From: Patescibacteria group bacterium
Lineage (GTDB): Bacteria; Patescibacteriota; Minisyncoccia; Phycocordibacterales; UBA1550
NCBI GenBank assembly: GCA_038062675.1
Contig: JBBTWP010000003.1
Location: forward strand, 37,934-101,933
Reading direction: 5' to 3'
Length of the DNA stretch: 64,000 nucleotides
A program made the position numbers and the translations under genes. The notes under the pieces were generated by a model that was given only the letters and a program-made list of their open reading frames with translations, did no database searches and was not told where the DNA came from. Every line of letters starts with the position of its first letter. Position 1 is the first letter of the stretch. Below are positions 38,618 through 48,235 of the stretch, piece after piece.

Positions 38618-41600
38618 AATTATTTTCAGATAATAACATTACATTAGCGATGATTTTTTTCATATCCTCGTCGGAAAGTTCAATGCCTTTTTGTTTTTTC
38701 ACAACATCATACAGGTAATCATCAATTGTATTTATTATTCGCCTTTTAACATCAGCATTTTTATGCCAATCAACGATCGCTTCATGTTTTACAATGTTGA
38801 AAGTATCAATGATAACAGAAACAAAAACTTCTTCCTTTATTTCGAAACCTTTAAAGTTTCCACGAAGATTGCGGTAGAAAATATCAGATCCTTTGTTTTC
38901 TTGAATAAGTACAGGGATGCTATCGTCTTTCTTTTGAACAACATCATCCTTAGCTAACTTCATTTGCCGTAACGCTTCGACGTCCGCGAGTTTCCCGTCG
39001 CGCATTCTCTGCAATATCTCAGAAATTTTCTTTGAAAAACGATCGTAGAACTCAGGGTCAGTATCCATTTTCTCAGTGATTGTTTTTTGGGTTTGTGCAG
39101 CAATTGCCTCAGCTTTAGATTTATCGGACCCAAGGTCTTCAATTGCCTGTTCGAATTGCTTACGGTCAGTGATATTGATTTGCTTGGTTAAAAGCTCCAC
39201 TCCGCGTGCATCAACATATTTATCAAGAATATTTACAAGCGACTGTTTGTACTCAGAGAGATTAACCCGGTCTGCATATTTAAGGCTGGCGGTCTTGCGA
39301 AGTTCCATAAATTTCTTGAGCTCCATCTTATACATATCAAGATGCTTAAACTCATGCACAAAATCCTGAAGCACGAAACATTCATTAAGATTTCTTATAA
39401 ATGAGTTGAGTGACTTATAAAAAATCTCACGCTTTGGGGCATCATTAAGAAGTCGCAAAAATGCTTCGTCATCAGATGACCCCTTGATCTCCTTGAAAAC
39501 ATCGTGCACTAAGCTATAACTCTGTTCGAGTTCCTGCACCTTTTCAGCAACATCAATAAGTGCCCCCTTAACATCACTTTCATCATAATTCCCAAAAAGC
39601 TTCATCGCCATATTGATGTTCTTTGCATTCTCCGAGTAGTCAACAATATACCCCACCGTCTTTGGAAGTTTTTTATTTTCATAAAGACGATTCACCCTCG
39701 CAATTGCTTGGAGTAAATTGTGATCTTTTAAATCTTTGGCAAGATAAAGGACTGTGTTGCGCGGGGCGTCAAAGCCAGTTAAAAGTTTATCGACGACAAT
39801 AATCATCTCAATACCGTCCTCGTTGTGCTTAAAGCTGTCAATAACATCCTTCTCGTACTTCGCGACACTGCTGTGATGTTTGCGAACCCCATCAAGATAC
39901 CCCACAACTTCCTTTTTGTGTGTGTCTTCTTCGTCACCATCATCATGTTCATCAGAAATAACTACAGCAGTACGAACATTCCCTCGAGTTTCAAAAAACT
40001 TTTGAAACAATATGGCTGAGTATTTAGATGGTGCGACAATCTGCGCCTTGAGCCCGGTATTTTGGAAGTATTCAATGAAATGATTCTCAATATCATACGA
40101 AATTTCAATGATTCGTTGTGGATTATTCTTAATAATCTTCGTCCCCGCATATCTCTGCAATTCTTTTTTCTGCTTATCATTCAAATCCTGAGTAATACGC
40201 TCCATGTGCCGATCAATCTGTTCTTCATTTTGCGTCAAATCAACATATCTCCCTTCATAAATAAGTGGCAAAACAATTTTATCTGCAAGTGCATCGTCAA
40301 TCGTGTATGTATCAATATATCCACCGAACTTTCTCCAGCTTTCTTTCTCGCCTTTCATGAGAGGAGTGCCAGTAAAGCCTATGTAGCACGCATTTGGGAT
40401 AATACGATTCATTTCCAGGCTCGCAATACCACCCTGACTGCGGTGTGCCTCATCTATCAAAACAAATATATTTTGATCAGTATCAACAAGCCCTGTTTTC
40501 TTTTTTGCGGCAGACTCAAATTTATGCACAAGAGTAGTTATCACCGCAAGATTTTTTTCTTTAATAAGATCAAGGAGTTCCTGTCCGCTCATGGCCTGCA
40601 CCACCTCTTTTTTCAAATTACAATTCTTAAAGGTGTCTTTAATCTGTTTATCCAAGTCCTTACGATCAGTGACAATGATTACGCGCGGATTACTAATGTG
40701 TGGATTTTCAATAAGCGCCTTAACAAACATCACCATCGTGAGAGATTTACCAGACCCCTGTGTGTGCCAAACGAGCCCGCCGCGACGGCGAGGGGCACCC
40801 CTAACAACCTCTTTTTCTCCAATCCGCTCCATCATCTTATGAATTGCAAAATACTGTTGATAGCGCGACAGTTTTTTCACTCCTGCATCAAAAAGCGTGT
40901 AGTTTTTAACAAGGTCAAGAAGACGAGCAGGTTCAAAAAGCGCAACGATTCCCCTATCCTGCTCTGTCGGAAGTCGTTCAGTTTTTTGTACATGCCCTTC
41001 CGTATATCCGTTGAGATCAGTCAAAATCTGTTCGTAAACAGACCCATCAATCTTCTTCGCGATTAAAGCAATTACTCGCTTGTTTACGTCTTCCTCCGAA
41101 GTCCCTTTTTCCTTCCATCCCGCATAAAATTTATTCAGCGTCCCTGTTGTCCCATACAGTAGTTCTTTACTATTAGTCCCCACAAGAAGCTGTGCGTAAG
41201 TAAAGAGCTTTGGACAAAATTCGGAACCTTGGTTGCGATTCATTTGGTTCAAAGCTTCAACAACATCAACGCTTGATTTCTTGTTCTCAATAATCGCGAA
41301 CGGAATACCGTTCACAAAACACACAACATCGGGACGAATGTTCTGCTTCCCACTAACAGCAAACTCCGCCGTCACATGAAAAGCGTTGCTTTGGGGATTC
41401 TCAAAATCGATAAAACGGAAATTTTTTGACATTGTTTTTCCTCCCGCACTCACTTTAATGGTCTTGCCTCCGCTTGTCGGCATAATGATGTTAAAAATTT
41501 TCTGCGCGGTATCAATAAGCCCCTCGTATTGAATATGTTCGAGCTCATCAATTGCATCGCGCACATCTTTCTCACTAAATTTATATTCTCTCCCGCGAAC

Positions 41601-41783
41601 CTCATACCCATTGATATCCATGAGCTTTTTCTCGGCAATATCAGCAAGAATGAAATTGCTTGTGTCTCCACCACGCTGACGCAACGTCTCTTCAGCAGAA
41701 ATATATTTGTACCCCATTGCCAAAAGAAGCTCCAGTGCCGGAAGTTGAGATTGTTTTGCTTCGTCGAAGTGTACTTTTTCCAT
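38601..41783 (-). CDS. hsdR: Type I restriction enzyme R subunit
   Basis: 1060 aa with an HsdR_N nuclease region ('VVCFVNGIPFAIIENKKSS'). SF2 helicase motifs 'VWHTQGSGKSLTM' (Walker A) and 'VLIDEAHRSQ' (DEAH). Confidence 0.85.
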   Translation of the reverse strand: MEKVHFDEAKQSQLPALELLLAMGYKYISAEETLRQRGGDTSNFILADIAEKKLMDINGYEVRGREYKFSEKDVRDAIDELEHIQYEGLIDTAQKIFNIIMPTSGGKTIKVSAGGKTMSKNFRFIDFENPQSNAFHVTAEFAVSGKQNIRPDVVCFVNGIPFAIIENKKSSVDVVEALNQMNRNQGSEFCPKLFTYAQLLVGTNSKELLYGTTGTLNKFYAGWKEKGTSEEDVNKRVIALIAKKIDGSVYEQILTDLNGYTEGHVQKTERLPTEQDRGIVALFEPARLLDLVKNYTLFDAGVKKLSRYQQYFAIHKMMERIGEKEVVRGAPRRRGGLVWHTQGSGKSLTMVMFVKALIENPHISNPRVIIVTDRKDLDKQIKDTFKNCNLKKEVVQAMSGQELLDLIKEKNLAVITTLVHKFESAAKKKTGLVDTDQNIFVLIDEAHRSQGGIASLEMNRIIPNACYIGFTGTPLMKGEKESWRKFGGYIDTYTIDDALADKIVLPLIYEGRYVDLTQNEEQIDRHMERITQDLNDKQKKELQRYAGTKIIKNNPQRIIEISYDIENHFIEYFQNTGLKAQIVAPSKYSAILFQKFFETRGNVRTAVVISDEHDDGDEEDTHKKEVVGYLDGVRKHHSSVAKYEKDVIDSFKHNEDGIEMIIVVDKLLTGFDAPRNTVLYLAKDLKDHNLLQAIARVNRLYENKKLPKTVGYIVDYSENAKNINMAMKLFGNYDESDVKGALIDVAEKVQELEQSYSLVHDVFKEIKGSSDDEAFLRLLNDAPKREIFYKSLNSFIRNLNECFVLQDFVHEFKHLDMYKMELKKFMELRKTASLKYADRVNLSEYKQSLVNILDKYVDARGVELLTKQINITDRKQFEQAIEDLGSDKSKAEAIAAQTQKTITEKMDTDPEFYDRFSKKISEILQRMRDGKLADVEALRQMKLAKDDVVQKKDDSIPVLIQENKGSDIFYRNLRGNFKGFEIKEEVFVSVIIDTFNIVKHEAIVDWHKNADVKRRIINTIDDYLYDVVKKQKGIELSDEDMKKIIANVMLLSENNYEIFS

Positions 41784-41787
41784 ACAA

Positions 41788-42627
41788 TTATATTAATTTT
41801 TTCTTGCTTGGTGGTAAATAATTATCACCCGTCACGACCTTTTTACCCGTTTTTTCTTCTAATGCCACCCGCGCGTCTTTTGCAATTTTTCCGCCACGCT
41901 TTGCGGGTATCTTATTTTCCTCAAGACCTTTTGCTTCCATATTCTCCGCAATCTGGCGAGTAGAGAGCTCAGCGAGTGCGGTAAAGATGAGTTCAGCTTC
42001 TGACATATGATCACGTAAATTTGTAGACTTGCCCAAACCTTTTACTTTCTTATGATCTTGCACACCCAGATCGCTCCATTCGTGATGAATAATATTTGTA
42101 AGAATTGCATATCCTTTACCTTCTTCTACTCCGGCATCTTTCCAATAATCGGTAAGCTTGTTGCGAGTTTCCTGCCCCATCATTCTCTGCTGTATCCATT
42201 TATCACTTCGTCCGTGCTTCTTCCAATACTCGCGTGAACGATTGAGGGCAAGCTCTGGGTTCATCATTTCATCGATTCGTTCTTGCCCCACCTTTGCAAG
42301 CCATTGTTTAAACGGTTCTGCTTTTGGTGACGGAATAGATTGAATAATACGAAAAATACTCTGTAGATTAGCCACATCGGTAAGATAGCTTTTACCATCA
42401 AGAGACATCAGTTTCAGTTGTCCGATTTTCTCGGACAACTGACTTCCCTCGTCCTTAAGCTTTCTTTTGAGATCATCCCAGTATTTTCTAGGCCTTTCAC
42501 TTCCTGACAGGACTGCAACAACATCAATCACAGAAAAATACCACTGCTCGTGATGCCATGTTCTACGGACATCTTTTTCTTCAAAAATCGCTGGCGTAAT
42601 ATTCCTTTTTGTTTGTGGTTTTTTCAT
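41788..42627 (-). CDS. DinD / Bro-N-domain family protein (DNA-damage-inducible protein D-like)
   Basis: 'FEEKDVRRTWHHEQWYFSVIDVVAVLSGSERPRKYW...' plus C-terminal '...LRDHMSEAELIFTALAELSTRQ' parallel E. coli DinD ('FEEIRHY...EFWSARELAPLLGY' and 'DHMGSTELAANLFRATQ'). Start set at 'MKKPQTKRNIT' (42627) to avoid overlap with hsdS. Confidence 0.5.
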   Translation of the reverse strand: MKKPQTKRNITPAIFEEKDVRRTWHHEQWYFSVIDVVAVLSGSERPRKYWDDLKRKLKDEGSQLSEKIGQLKLMSLDGKSYLTDVANLQSIFRIIQSIPSPKAEPFKQWLAKVGQERIDEMMNPELALNRSREYWKKHGRSDKWIQQRMMGQETRNKLTDYWKDAGVEEGKGYAILTNIIHHEWSDLGVQDHKKVKGLGKSTNLRDHMSEAELIFTALAELSTRQIAENMEAKGLEENKIPAKRGGKIAKDARVALEEKTGKKVVTGDNYLPPSKKKLI

Positions 42628-42631
42628 AAAG

Positions 42632-43864
42632 TTATTTGTTAATTGATAATGTTTCAGGGGTTCTAATGGTGCCAGTGATGAGATTGTTGAGGAGGTACTT
42701 TTTCTGGTCCTTGAGGAGGGAGAGTTTATTTTCGAGTTTGGAGATTTCATTGTCTGCGGTAGTGAGGATGGTGGCAACTGCGGTTTGTTCCTCTTTTGAC
42801 GTTGGGATTACTATTTCAATTTCTGATAAATCAGTGCAATTTATCGCTGGGTAGTTTGAACCCGTGCACCTATCTATAACTTTATTAACAAATTCATCTG
42901 TATGTAATAAATAATATAAATAACGAGCAGAACCTTTTGCCCTGATTTGCGCATAGCCAGTCGATGCAACATAATCTCCTTTTTTATCAAAAAATAAATT
43001 ATTCTTCTGATAGGGCCTGACCACCTGAAAAATAATGTCTTCGTGCCTCAAAAGCCTCTGGGCTCGGCTAGGAGCTCCGGTTAAATTTATTATATTTTCT
43101 TTTAAAAGATTGCCGCGCTCAACACTTTCAAGGTCAATATATACAAAAGTATTCGGCAAGCTTTCACTTTTAGGATTCATTTCGCAAGCATCACCCAATC
43201 GAATACTCTCCCACTTATCCTTAAGCCAACCCAATCGCTTTTTCCCAGTAAGCAAATCCTGCATCAAACCTTTTTTGATTTCCTTTTTGATTTCAATTTT
43301 CTTCCTCAATTTTTCAATCGCCTTATCCCAAGCCTCCAGCACCGCCACAATCCGATTTTGTTCAGGCGTTGAAGGGAGTTTAATATTTACATGATTAAGT
43401 GAAGTGCCGCTAGTTAACGCTCTTGTTGTATATGAGCTTTTTTCTATTATTTCTTTACGTGCTAAATGAGTTTTGAAGTAATACTTAGAGTAACCAAGAG
43501 TCAGTGACTTTCCTTTTGGTCTTGCACGAAGAACAAAACCGCTAAAAACTGTGTCTTTGAAATCATCAAGTGCTACCGCGGAGAATCCTATTTCTTTAAG
43601 AGTTTCGGAAGTTCTAGTAAAGAACACATCTCCTTTTTTTACATTAAACCTATCGAGCTCGGATTTATTCACGTCAACTCTACCTAGAATAGTATTTGTG
43701 TATAAACCTCCACCTTTATAAACATCCGTATAATTAATTATTGGAGTACCGTGACCAAAGTAGTGTTTCTCTTTATTTAGTCCATTTTTAAATTCAAAAA
43801 TACTCGCAAGTTTTAATTCTTGCCACCCTTCAGGAATATTTTTTTGTAGTTGATTATTTTTCAT
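42632..43864 (-). CDS. hsdS: Type I restriction-modification specificity subunit (two TRDs)
   Basis: 410 aa; N-terminus 'IPEGWQELKLASIFEFKNG' and two TRD plus conserved-repeat units typical of HsdS. Confidence 0.8.
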   Translation of the reverse strand: MKNNQLQKNIPEGWQELKLASIFEFKNGLNKEKHYFGHGTPIINYTDVYKGGGLYTNTILGRVDVNKSELDRFNVKKGDVFFTRTSETLKEIGFSAVALDDFKDTVFSGFVLRARPKGKSLTLGYSKYYFKTHLARKEIIEKSSYTTRALTSGTSLNHVNIKLPSTPEQNRIVAVLEAWDKAIEKLRKKIEIKKEIKKGLMQDLLTGKKRLGWLKDKWESIRLGDACEMNPKSESLPNTFVYIDLESVERGNLLKENIINLTGAPSRAQRLLRHEDIIFQVVRPYQKNNLFFDKKGDYVASTGYAQIRAKGSARYLYYLLHTDEFVNKVIDRCTGSNYPAINCTDLSEIEIVIPTSKEEQTAVATILTTADNEISKLENKLSLLKDQKKYLLNNLITGTIRTPETLSINK

Positions 43865-44468
43865 GTTTTAGTCTCAATCTTTCTGGCAGAAACCAGTCAA
43901 TCTCTTCATCCGACAAAGTAAATTCTTCTCCTTGGACCTCTCCTCTTTTATTTAGTCTTTTCTGTGCTTCGGTATATTCTTTGGGTCCAGTTTGTGGAGC
44001 AAGATCACTGATGACCTGGTACTCTCTTTGCAACAAGTCTCTTCGAGAGATAATTTGGTCCGTGGGGACTGATTCACTCATAACATCTGCAATTAATGAA
44101 CGATAAGCATCTCTAAGTCCCATATACTTAAGAGCTGAGTTTTTATGCATAACTACTCGTTGTTCAAAGCTGAATGTAAGCTGGATGATAAGAAAAATTA
44201 CTTCAGCAACAGTAATCCCAGCACCTATATATGAAAACAAAAGAACTTCTGGCTTAGTAGCTTGGATGATCAATAAAATTAAAACAATAGAAACTAATAC
44301 AATGTTTACTATCTTAATAGTGAATACATTTTTTTCTTGATTTTCTGCAGCAACTTCTTGTACTTTGTGAGTAAAGACTGTACTTGCAAATGATTGTCTA
44401 ATGATTGAAAGATTTTCTTTGTTCATATATTTAAAATTTAGATCCATAAATTTCTCTCCACTTGCCAT
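43854..44468 (-). CDS. SLATT-like 2TM effector protein
   Basis: ~200 aa with exactly two adjacent TM helices ('FTIKIVNIVLVSIVLILLII', 'LLFSYIGAGITVAEVIFLIIQLTF') after a short N-terminal region. Polar C-terminal tail. Sits directly downstream of, and overlapping, the SMODS-like NTase. Start may be an internal ATG (44447 or 44426). Confidence 0.5.
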   Translation of the reverse strand: MASGEKFMDLNFKYMNKENLSIIRQSFASTVFTHKVQEVAAENQEKNVFTIKIVNIVLVSIVLILLIIQATKPEVLLFSYIGAGITVAEVIFLIIQLTFSFEQRVVMHKNSALKYMGLRDAYRSLIADVMSESVPTDQIISRRDLLQREYQVISDLAPQTGPKEYTEAQKRLNKRGEVQGEEFTLSDEEIDWFLPERLRLKHEK

Positions 44469-45321
44469 TAGCTGAGGAAGGCATTTCTCTCACCTCGTAA
44501 TCTATTGCCTCATTTGCAATATTAAAACCACGCAGTGCTTTGAATTGAAAATCTCCTTTCTTGTAAACATATTGACCACTACCTACTGCAAGCCAGTATG
44601 TTTTATCTTTGTCTTGGTTTTTAAGATATTCAAAAAAATCACGAGTCATCCAATCATAATAAAGATAAGAGTCATTTCTCTGAGCCCATGTTTTCAAGAA
44701 CTGGTATGCAAGAGTATCTATCAGTAAACCTCCCATTGGAACATCCCACTTATCTTTCCACGCTCTTGCCATTCTACATAAGTTCTTTAAATTTCCATTG
44801 AGTGTTTCGTTTGTTTTTCGAACCTCTTCAATTTCTGGTTTTGGGTTTGTTGTTTTCCAACTACCGCCATTATTTGAATCAGGATAAGTATAACTTCCAT
44901 TGTCATTCATGAAACAAGGAACAATTTCAAAACTGACACCATCTTCAAATTTAATTGCGACAATTTGTCCATCACCACTTATATGAGTTGTTGAGTAAGT
45001 ATTTTTTAATGAGTCTCTAACTTCCGAAAGCAGGGCAGATTGACCATTCCCTGAATGCTTATTGATTCTTTCATATACGGAATATGGGAGTTGAAATAAA
45101 ACATCAATATCACTAACATGGATATCAGTGTCTCTACCGTAAGATCCGACATACAGACTGTGAGCCGTATTTGATTCTGTGCTCCAAAAATCTTTATTCA
45201 ATTGTTTTGTGATTCTTTTATAGCGATACGAAATATCACCAGCAACACTTGAAGTGATACGGATGCTTGAACAAAAATTTTGGAATTTAGTTGATACACT
45301 CATAATCTTATTTTGAATCAC
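44431..45321 (-). CDS. SMODS / CD-NTase-like nucleotidyltransferase (pol-beta fold)
   Basis: 'LYVGSYGRDTDIHVSDIDVLF' is the [GS]-x(9-13)-DhD nucleotidyltransferase motif. A further acidic 'FEIVPC' strand lies downstream. ~296 aa. Confidence 0.6.
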   Translation of the reverse strand: MIQNKIMSVSTKFQNFCSSIRITSSVAGDISYRYKRITKQLNKDFWSTESNTAHSLYVGSYGRDTDIHVSDIDVLFQLPYSVYERINKHSGNGQSALLSEVRDSLKNTYSTTHISGDGQIVAIKFEDGVSFEIVPCFMNDNGSYTYPDSNNGGSWKTTNPKPEIEEVRKTNETLNGNLKNLCRMARAWKDKWDVPMGGLLIDTLAYQFLKTWAQRNDSYLYYDWMTRDFFEYLKNQDKDKTYWLAVGSGQYVYKKGDFQFKALRGFNIANEAIDYEVREMPSSANGKWREIYGSKF

Positions 45322-46006
45322 GCTTTTCTACCGCATCCTTTGCGCCACCAGGAAGACCATCATAAAAGGAATCTATTTCTTTCAACTCTGTTATCATCTT
45401 TTCAGCAATAAAATTGATGAGGCTGAATAACTTTATTACTCGATCCGTATCCTCGGTCAGATCTAACTCACCTGGGTGGACAGCGTTGTTCCCTGCGATA
45501 CGGAGTGCATCGAGAGATTTCTGAATAGCAGGATTCAATCCCTTCTTTACCAATGAAGCAATATCATCATTTATATTTTGTCCCTTTTCCCCAAGTTGAA
45601 CGCAGAGTTTCTGGAGAGCGAGACGCAAAATAGCAGCCGCTGAGCGAGGCGAATCACTAAGCACATTTGCTGCTTCTAAATAGTCATTCTGAATATCCTC
45701 GTTGAGATCGTTGTTCGGTTGAGCAACTTGAATTGTTCTCGGATAGACAATTGATGTTGCCAACCAGATGACATTACGACCACAATGCTCGCACTTTGAT
45801 ACAGACCATTCTTCATTAAAGTTTCCACTAAATGTGGTCATTCCGTAGATGTTTGACTGACGATTTACACCATACTGATTTCTCTCCGTATAAATATCAT
45901 CCACAGCGCTCAGGTGTGACCATCGCTGTTTTGCATAGACACCACAACGCGGACAGTGGAATTGCCCTTTTGCGTGTATTGGTGGAAAATGTTGTTCTTT
46001 GTTCAT
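45308..46006 (-). CDS. Zn-ribbon plus DUF4145 domain protein (R-M/Abi-associated)
   Basis: N-terminal 'CPRCG...CEHCG' zinc ribbon. C-terminal 'SAAAILRLALQKL...LRIAGNNAVHPGE' matches the DUF4145 helical module commonly appended to or beside type I R-M genes. Confidence 0.55.
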   Translation of the reverse strand: MNKEQHFPPIHAKGQFHCPRCGVYAKQRWSHLSAVDDIYTERNQYGVNRQSNIYGMTTFSGNFNEEWSVSKCEHCGRNVIWLATSIVYPRTIQVAQPNNDLNEDIQNDYLEAANVLSDSPRSAAAILRLALQKLCVQLGEKGQNINDDIASLVKKGLNPAIQKSLDALRIAGNNAVHPGELDLTEDTDRVIKLFSLINFIAEKMITELKEIDSFYDGLPGGAKDAVEKRDSK

Positions 46007-46010
46007 ATAT

Positions 46011-47525
46011 TTATTTAATCCCTAATTCCTTTAAATATTCGACCATTTGTTTTTCGAGTTTCTGAAGCTCGGGTTCGAGAGCTGCAAGCTCCTTTAGATT
46101 TGCTTGAATATCAACAGGAGCTTCCTCCTCGAAAGTATCCACATAGCGAGTGATGTTGAGGTTAAAATCGTTTTCTTCAATTTCTTTGAAATCTACTTTG
46201 CGTGAAAACTTTTCAACATCTTTACGCTTTTTGTAGGTGTCAAAAATCTTGGCAATATTTTCTTCAGTGAGGGTGTTCTTTGCCTTGCCAGATTTGAACT
46301 CTTTTGATGCTTCAATAAAAAGCACGTCCTTTTTCTTCTCGTTCGCACCGCCCTTTTCACGCGAGCGATCAATCACGAGGATAGCGACAGGAATACCTGT
46401 CGTCTGAAAGAGTCCCGCAGGTAGTCCAATCACTGTGTCAATAATATTCTCTTTAAGAAGCTGTGTGCGGATTTTCCCTTCTGAACCACCGCGGAAAAGC
46501 ACGCCGTGCGGTACAATCACCGCGACCCTGCCCGTCTTTGGTTTTGCGGTTTCAATCATGTGCGTAATAAAAGCAAAATCCCCTTTATCCTTTGGCGGAA
46601 CTCCGCGCCAAAAGCGATTGTACTTATCAGCCTCGGCATTTTCTGCACCCCACTTTTTCAAGGAAAATGGAGGGTTCGCCACGATTGTGTCGAAGTGCAT
46701 GAGCTGGTCATTTTCTACCAACCGCGGACTGTTAAGAGTGTCTCCCCATTCAATACGTGCGGAGTCCTTGCCGTGGAGAAACATATTCATACGAGCAAGC
46801 TGAAATGTTGAGCCTGTGGACTCTTGCCCGTAGAGTGCGTAGTTTTTTGAGCCCTGCTTTTCTACTTCTTCCCCAGCGAGGAGAAGGAGGTTCGCCGACC
46901 CGCAACACGGATCACAAATACGATCCCCTTCTTTAGGCTCAGCAAGTTTTGCAACCAATCGCGCAACACTCGTCACCGTGAAGAACTCTCCAGCTTTTTT
47001 ACCAGCATCCGAACCAAACTTTTCAATCATGTACATGTACGCATTTCCAATGACATCATCGCCAACATCCGAGAGGTCTATTTTGGCAAAGTCATTGATG
47101 AGGTGGCGAAGCATCTTGTTGCGTTGCTCAAGTTTCCCAAGTATTGATTCGGAGTTGAAGTCAACACTGAATACCCCTTCAAGCTTTTCTTTGTTCGCAT
47201 CTTCAATACGATGGAGCGCTTTGTTTATTTCCTCACCAATATTGTCTTCTTCAACTTTGCCATATAGATAGTCAAACGATGACTTTGGAGGAAGGTAAAA
47301 GCGGTCGAGCTTCATCTTTTCCTCAATACGCTTTTCGTCATCACCAAAACGCTCTTTGTATTCAGCATGTCTCTTTTTATTTAAATCGCTGAGATACTTC
47401 ATGAAAAGCATCGTCAACGCATAGTCTTTGTAGACACCACCATCCACACTACTACGAGAAGAATCAGCCGCTGCCCAGAGCGTCTTGTTGAGTTCTTCTT
47501 GTGTGTATTTTTTTTGAGTAGGCAT
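46011..47525 (-). CDS. hsdM: Type I restriction-modification N6-adenine DNA methyltransferase subunit
   Basis: Motif I 'DPCCGSANLLL' and motif IV 'IVANPPF'. N-terminal HsdM_N region. Confidence 0.85.
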   Translation of the reverse strand: MPTQKKYTQEELNKTLWAAADSSRSSVDGGVYKDYALTMLFMKYLSDLNKKRHAEYKERFGDDEKRIEEKMKLDRFYLPPKSSFDYLYGKVEEDNIGEEINKALHRIEDANKEKLEGVFSVDFNSESILGKLEQRNKMLRHLINDFAKIDLSDVGDDVIGNAYMYMIEKFGSDAGKKAGEFFTVTSVARLVAKLAEPKEGDRICDPCCGSANLLLLAGEEVEKQGSKNYALYGQESTGSTFQLARMNMFLHGKDSARIEWGDTLNSPRLVENDQLMHFDTIVANPPFSLKKWGAENAEADKYNRFWRGVPPKDKGDFAFITHMIETAKPKTGRVAVIVPHGVLFRGGSEGKIRTQLLKENIIDTVIGLPAGLFQTTGIPVAILVIDRSREKGGANEKKKDVLFIEASKEFKSGKAKNTLTEENIAKIFDTYKKRKDVEKFSRKVDFKEIEENDFNLNITRYVDTFEEEAPVDIQANLKELAALEPELQKLEKQMVEYLKELGIK

Positions 47526-47529
47526 GGAT

Positions 47530-48117
47530 TTATTTGGTGGTTAAATTTTTAAAAGTTGCGCTGATAATGTTTTTTTTGAGGTAGCTTTTTCGCTCAAGTA
47601 TCTCTTCTTGCCTTTTGATATTTTCGTGTAATGCGATGATTGATTTTTGTTTTATCATTGGCGGTATTGGGATATCTATGTCCTCTAAATTCTTTCGGAG
47701 GATACTTTGTATATATGACCCGCCCGTGACAACCTGTGAAATCTTTTTTTGCCCATCATCTGAGTTCAGATACAAAGAAATGTATTTGGGTAATACGGTC
47801 ACATCTTTGATGCGGATAATGTGTACTGATGACGAAGCGATAACATTCGTTTCGTCGAGCGCAAAAACAGTTGCACGAAAAGAGCCCAATCCTGAACCCC
47901 TAGAAACAAGGAGTACGTCGTTGTATTCCAAATATGACATAGCTCGAGGGGGTTCCGAAGAAATCCGAGCGAACTCGCCGGTCTCTGTAATATCCCGCGC
48001 ACTATCCACATTCGTTGCTTGCAGTACGAAAACCTTGCCGTTTGGGTCCTTTTCGACAGGACTGCGGAAAGTGTACCCCGAAATGACCTGAGCGATATCC
48101 TGTACTTTCTTTTGCAT
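47530..48117 (-). CDS. Half-size HsdS-like specificity protein (single TRD)
   Basis: 195 aa; 'IAQVISGYTF' TRD start and the conserved HsdS central/C-terminal helix 'IIALHENIKRQEEILERK'. First gene of the operon. Confidence 0.55.
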   Translation of the reverse strand: MQKKVQDIAQVISGYTFRSPVEKDPNGKVFVLQATNVDSARDITETGEFARISSEPPRAMSYLEYNDVLLVSRGSGLGSFRATVFALDETNVIASSSVHIIRIKDVTVLPKYISLYLNSDDGQKKISQVVTGGSYIQSILRKNLEDIDIPIPPMIKQKSIIALHENIKRQEEILERKSYLKKNIISATFKNLTTK

Positions 48118-48235
48118 GTAGAGAGTATACTGTGTTTTATGTAAAATTGCAACAAGCTGGCGACTTTGAGCAACAAAAAGGGCGAGTGTGTCAATTTTTT
48201 TCTATAGCTCAAGTGTATAAAGTATTCTGTGATTA

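Larger units (their letters stand above)
37054..48235. mobile_element. ~11-kb AT-rich defence island (NUDIX, DUF45 peptidase, type I R-M with embedded SMODS/SLATT) bounded by the ppa 3'-end direct repeats
   Basis: Flanking degenerate direct repeats. Visibly lower GC than neighbouring core genes. All cargo except NUDIX sits on one strand. No integrase is seen. Confidence 0.45.

Noticed and set aside
41788-42777. N-terminal 50-aa Ser/Thr/Pro-rich extension of the DinD-like ORF
   Set aside because: It is low-complexity, overlaps hsdS in another frame, and the DinD-like homology begins only at the internal 'MKKPQTKRNIT' ATG. Start moved to 42627.
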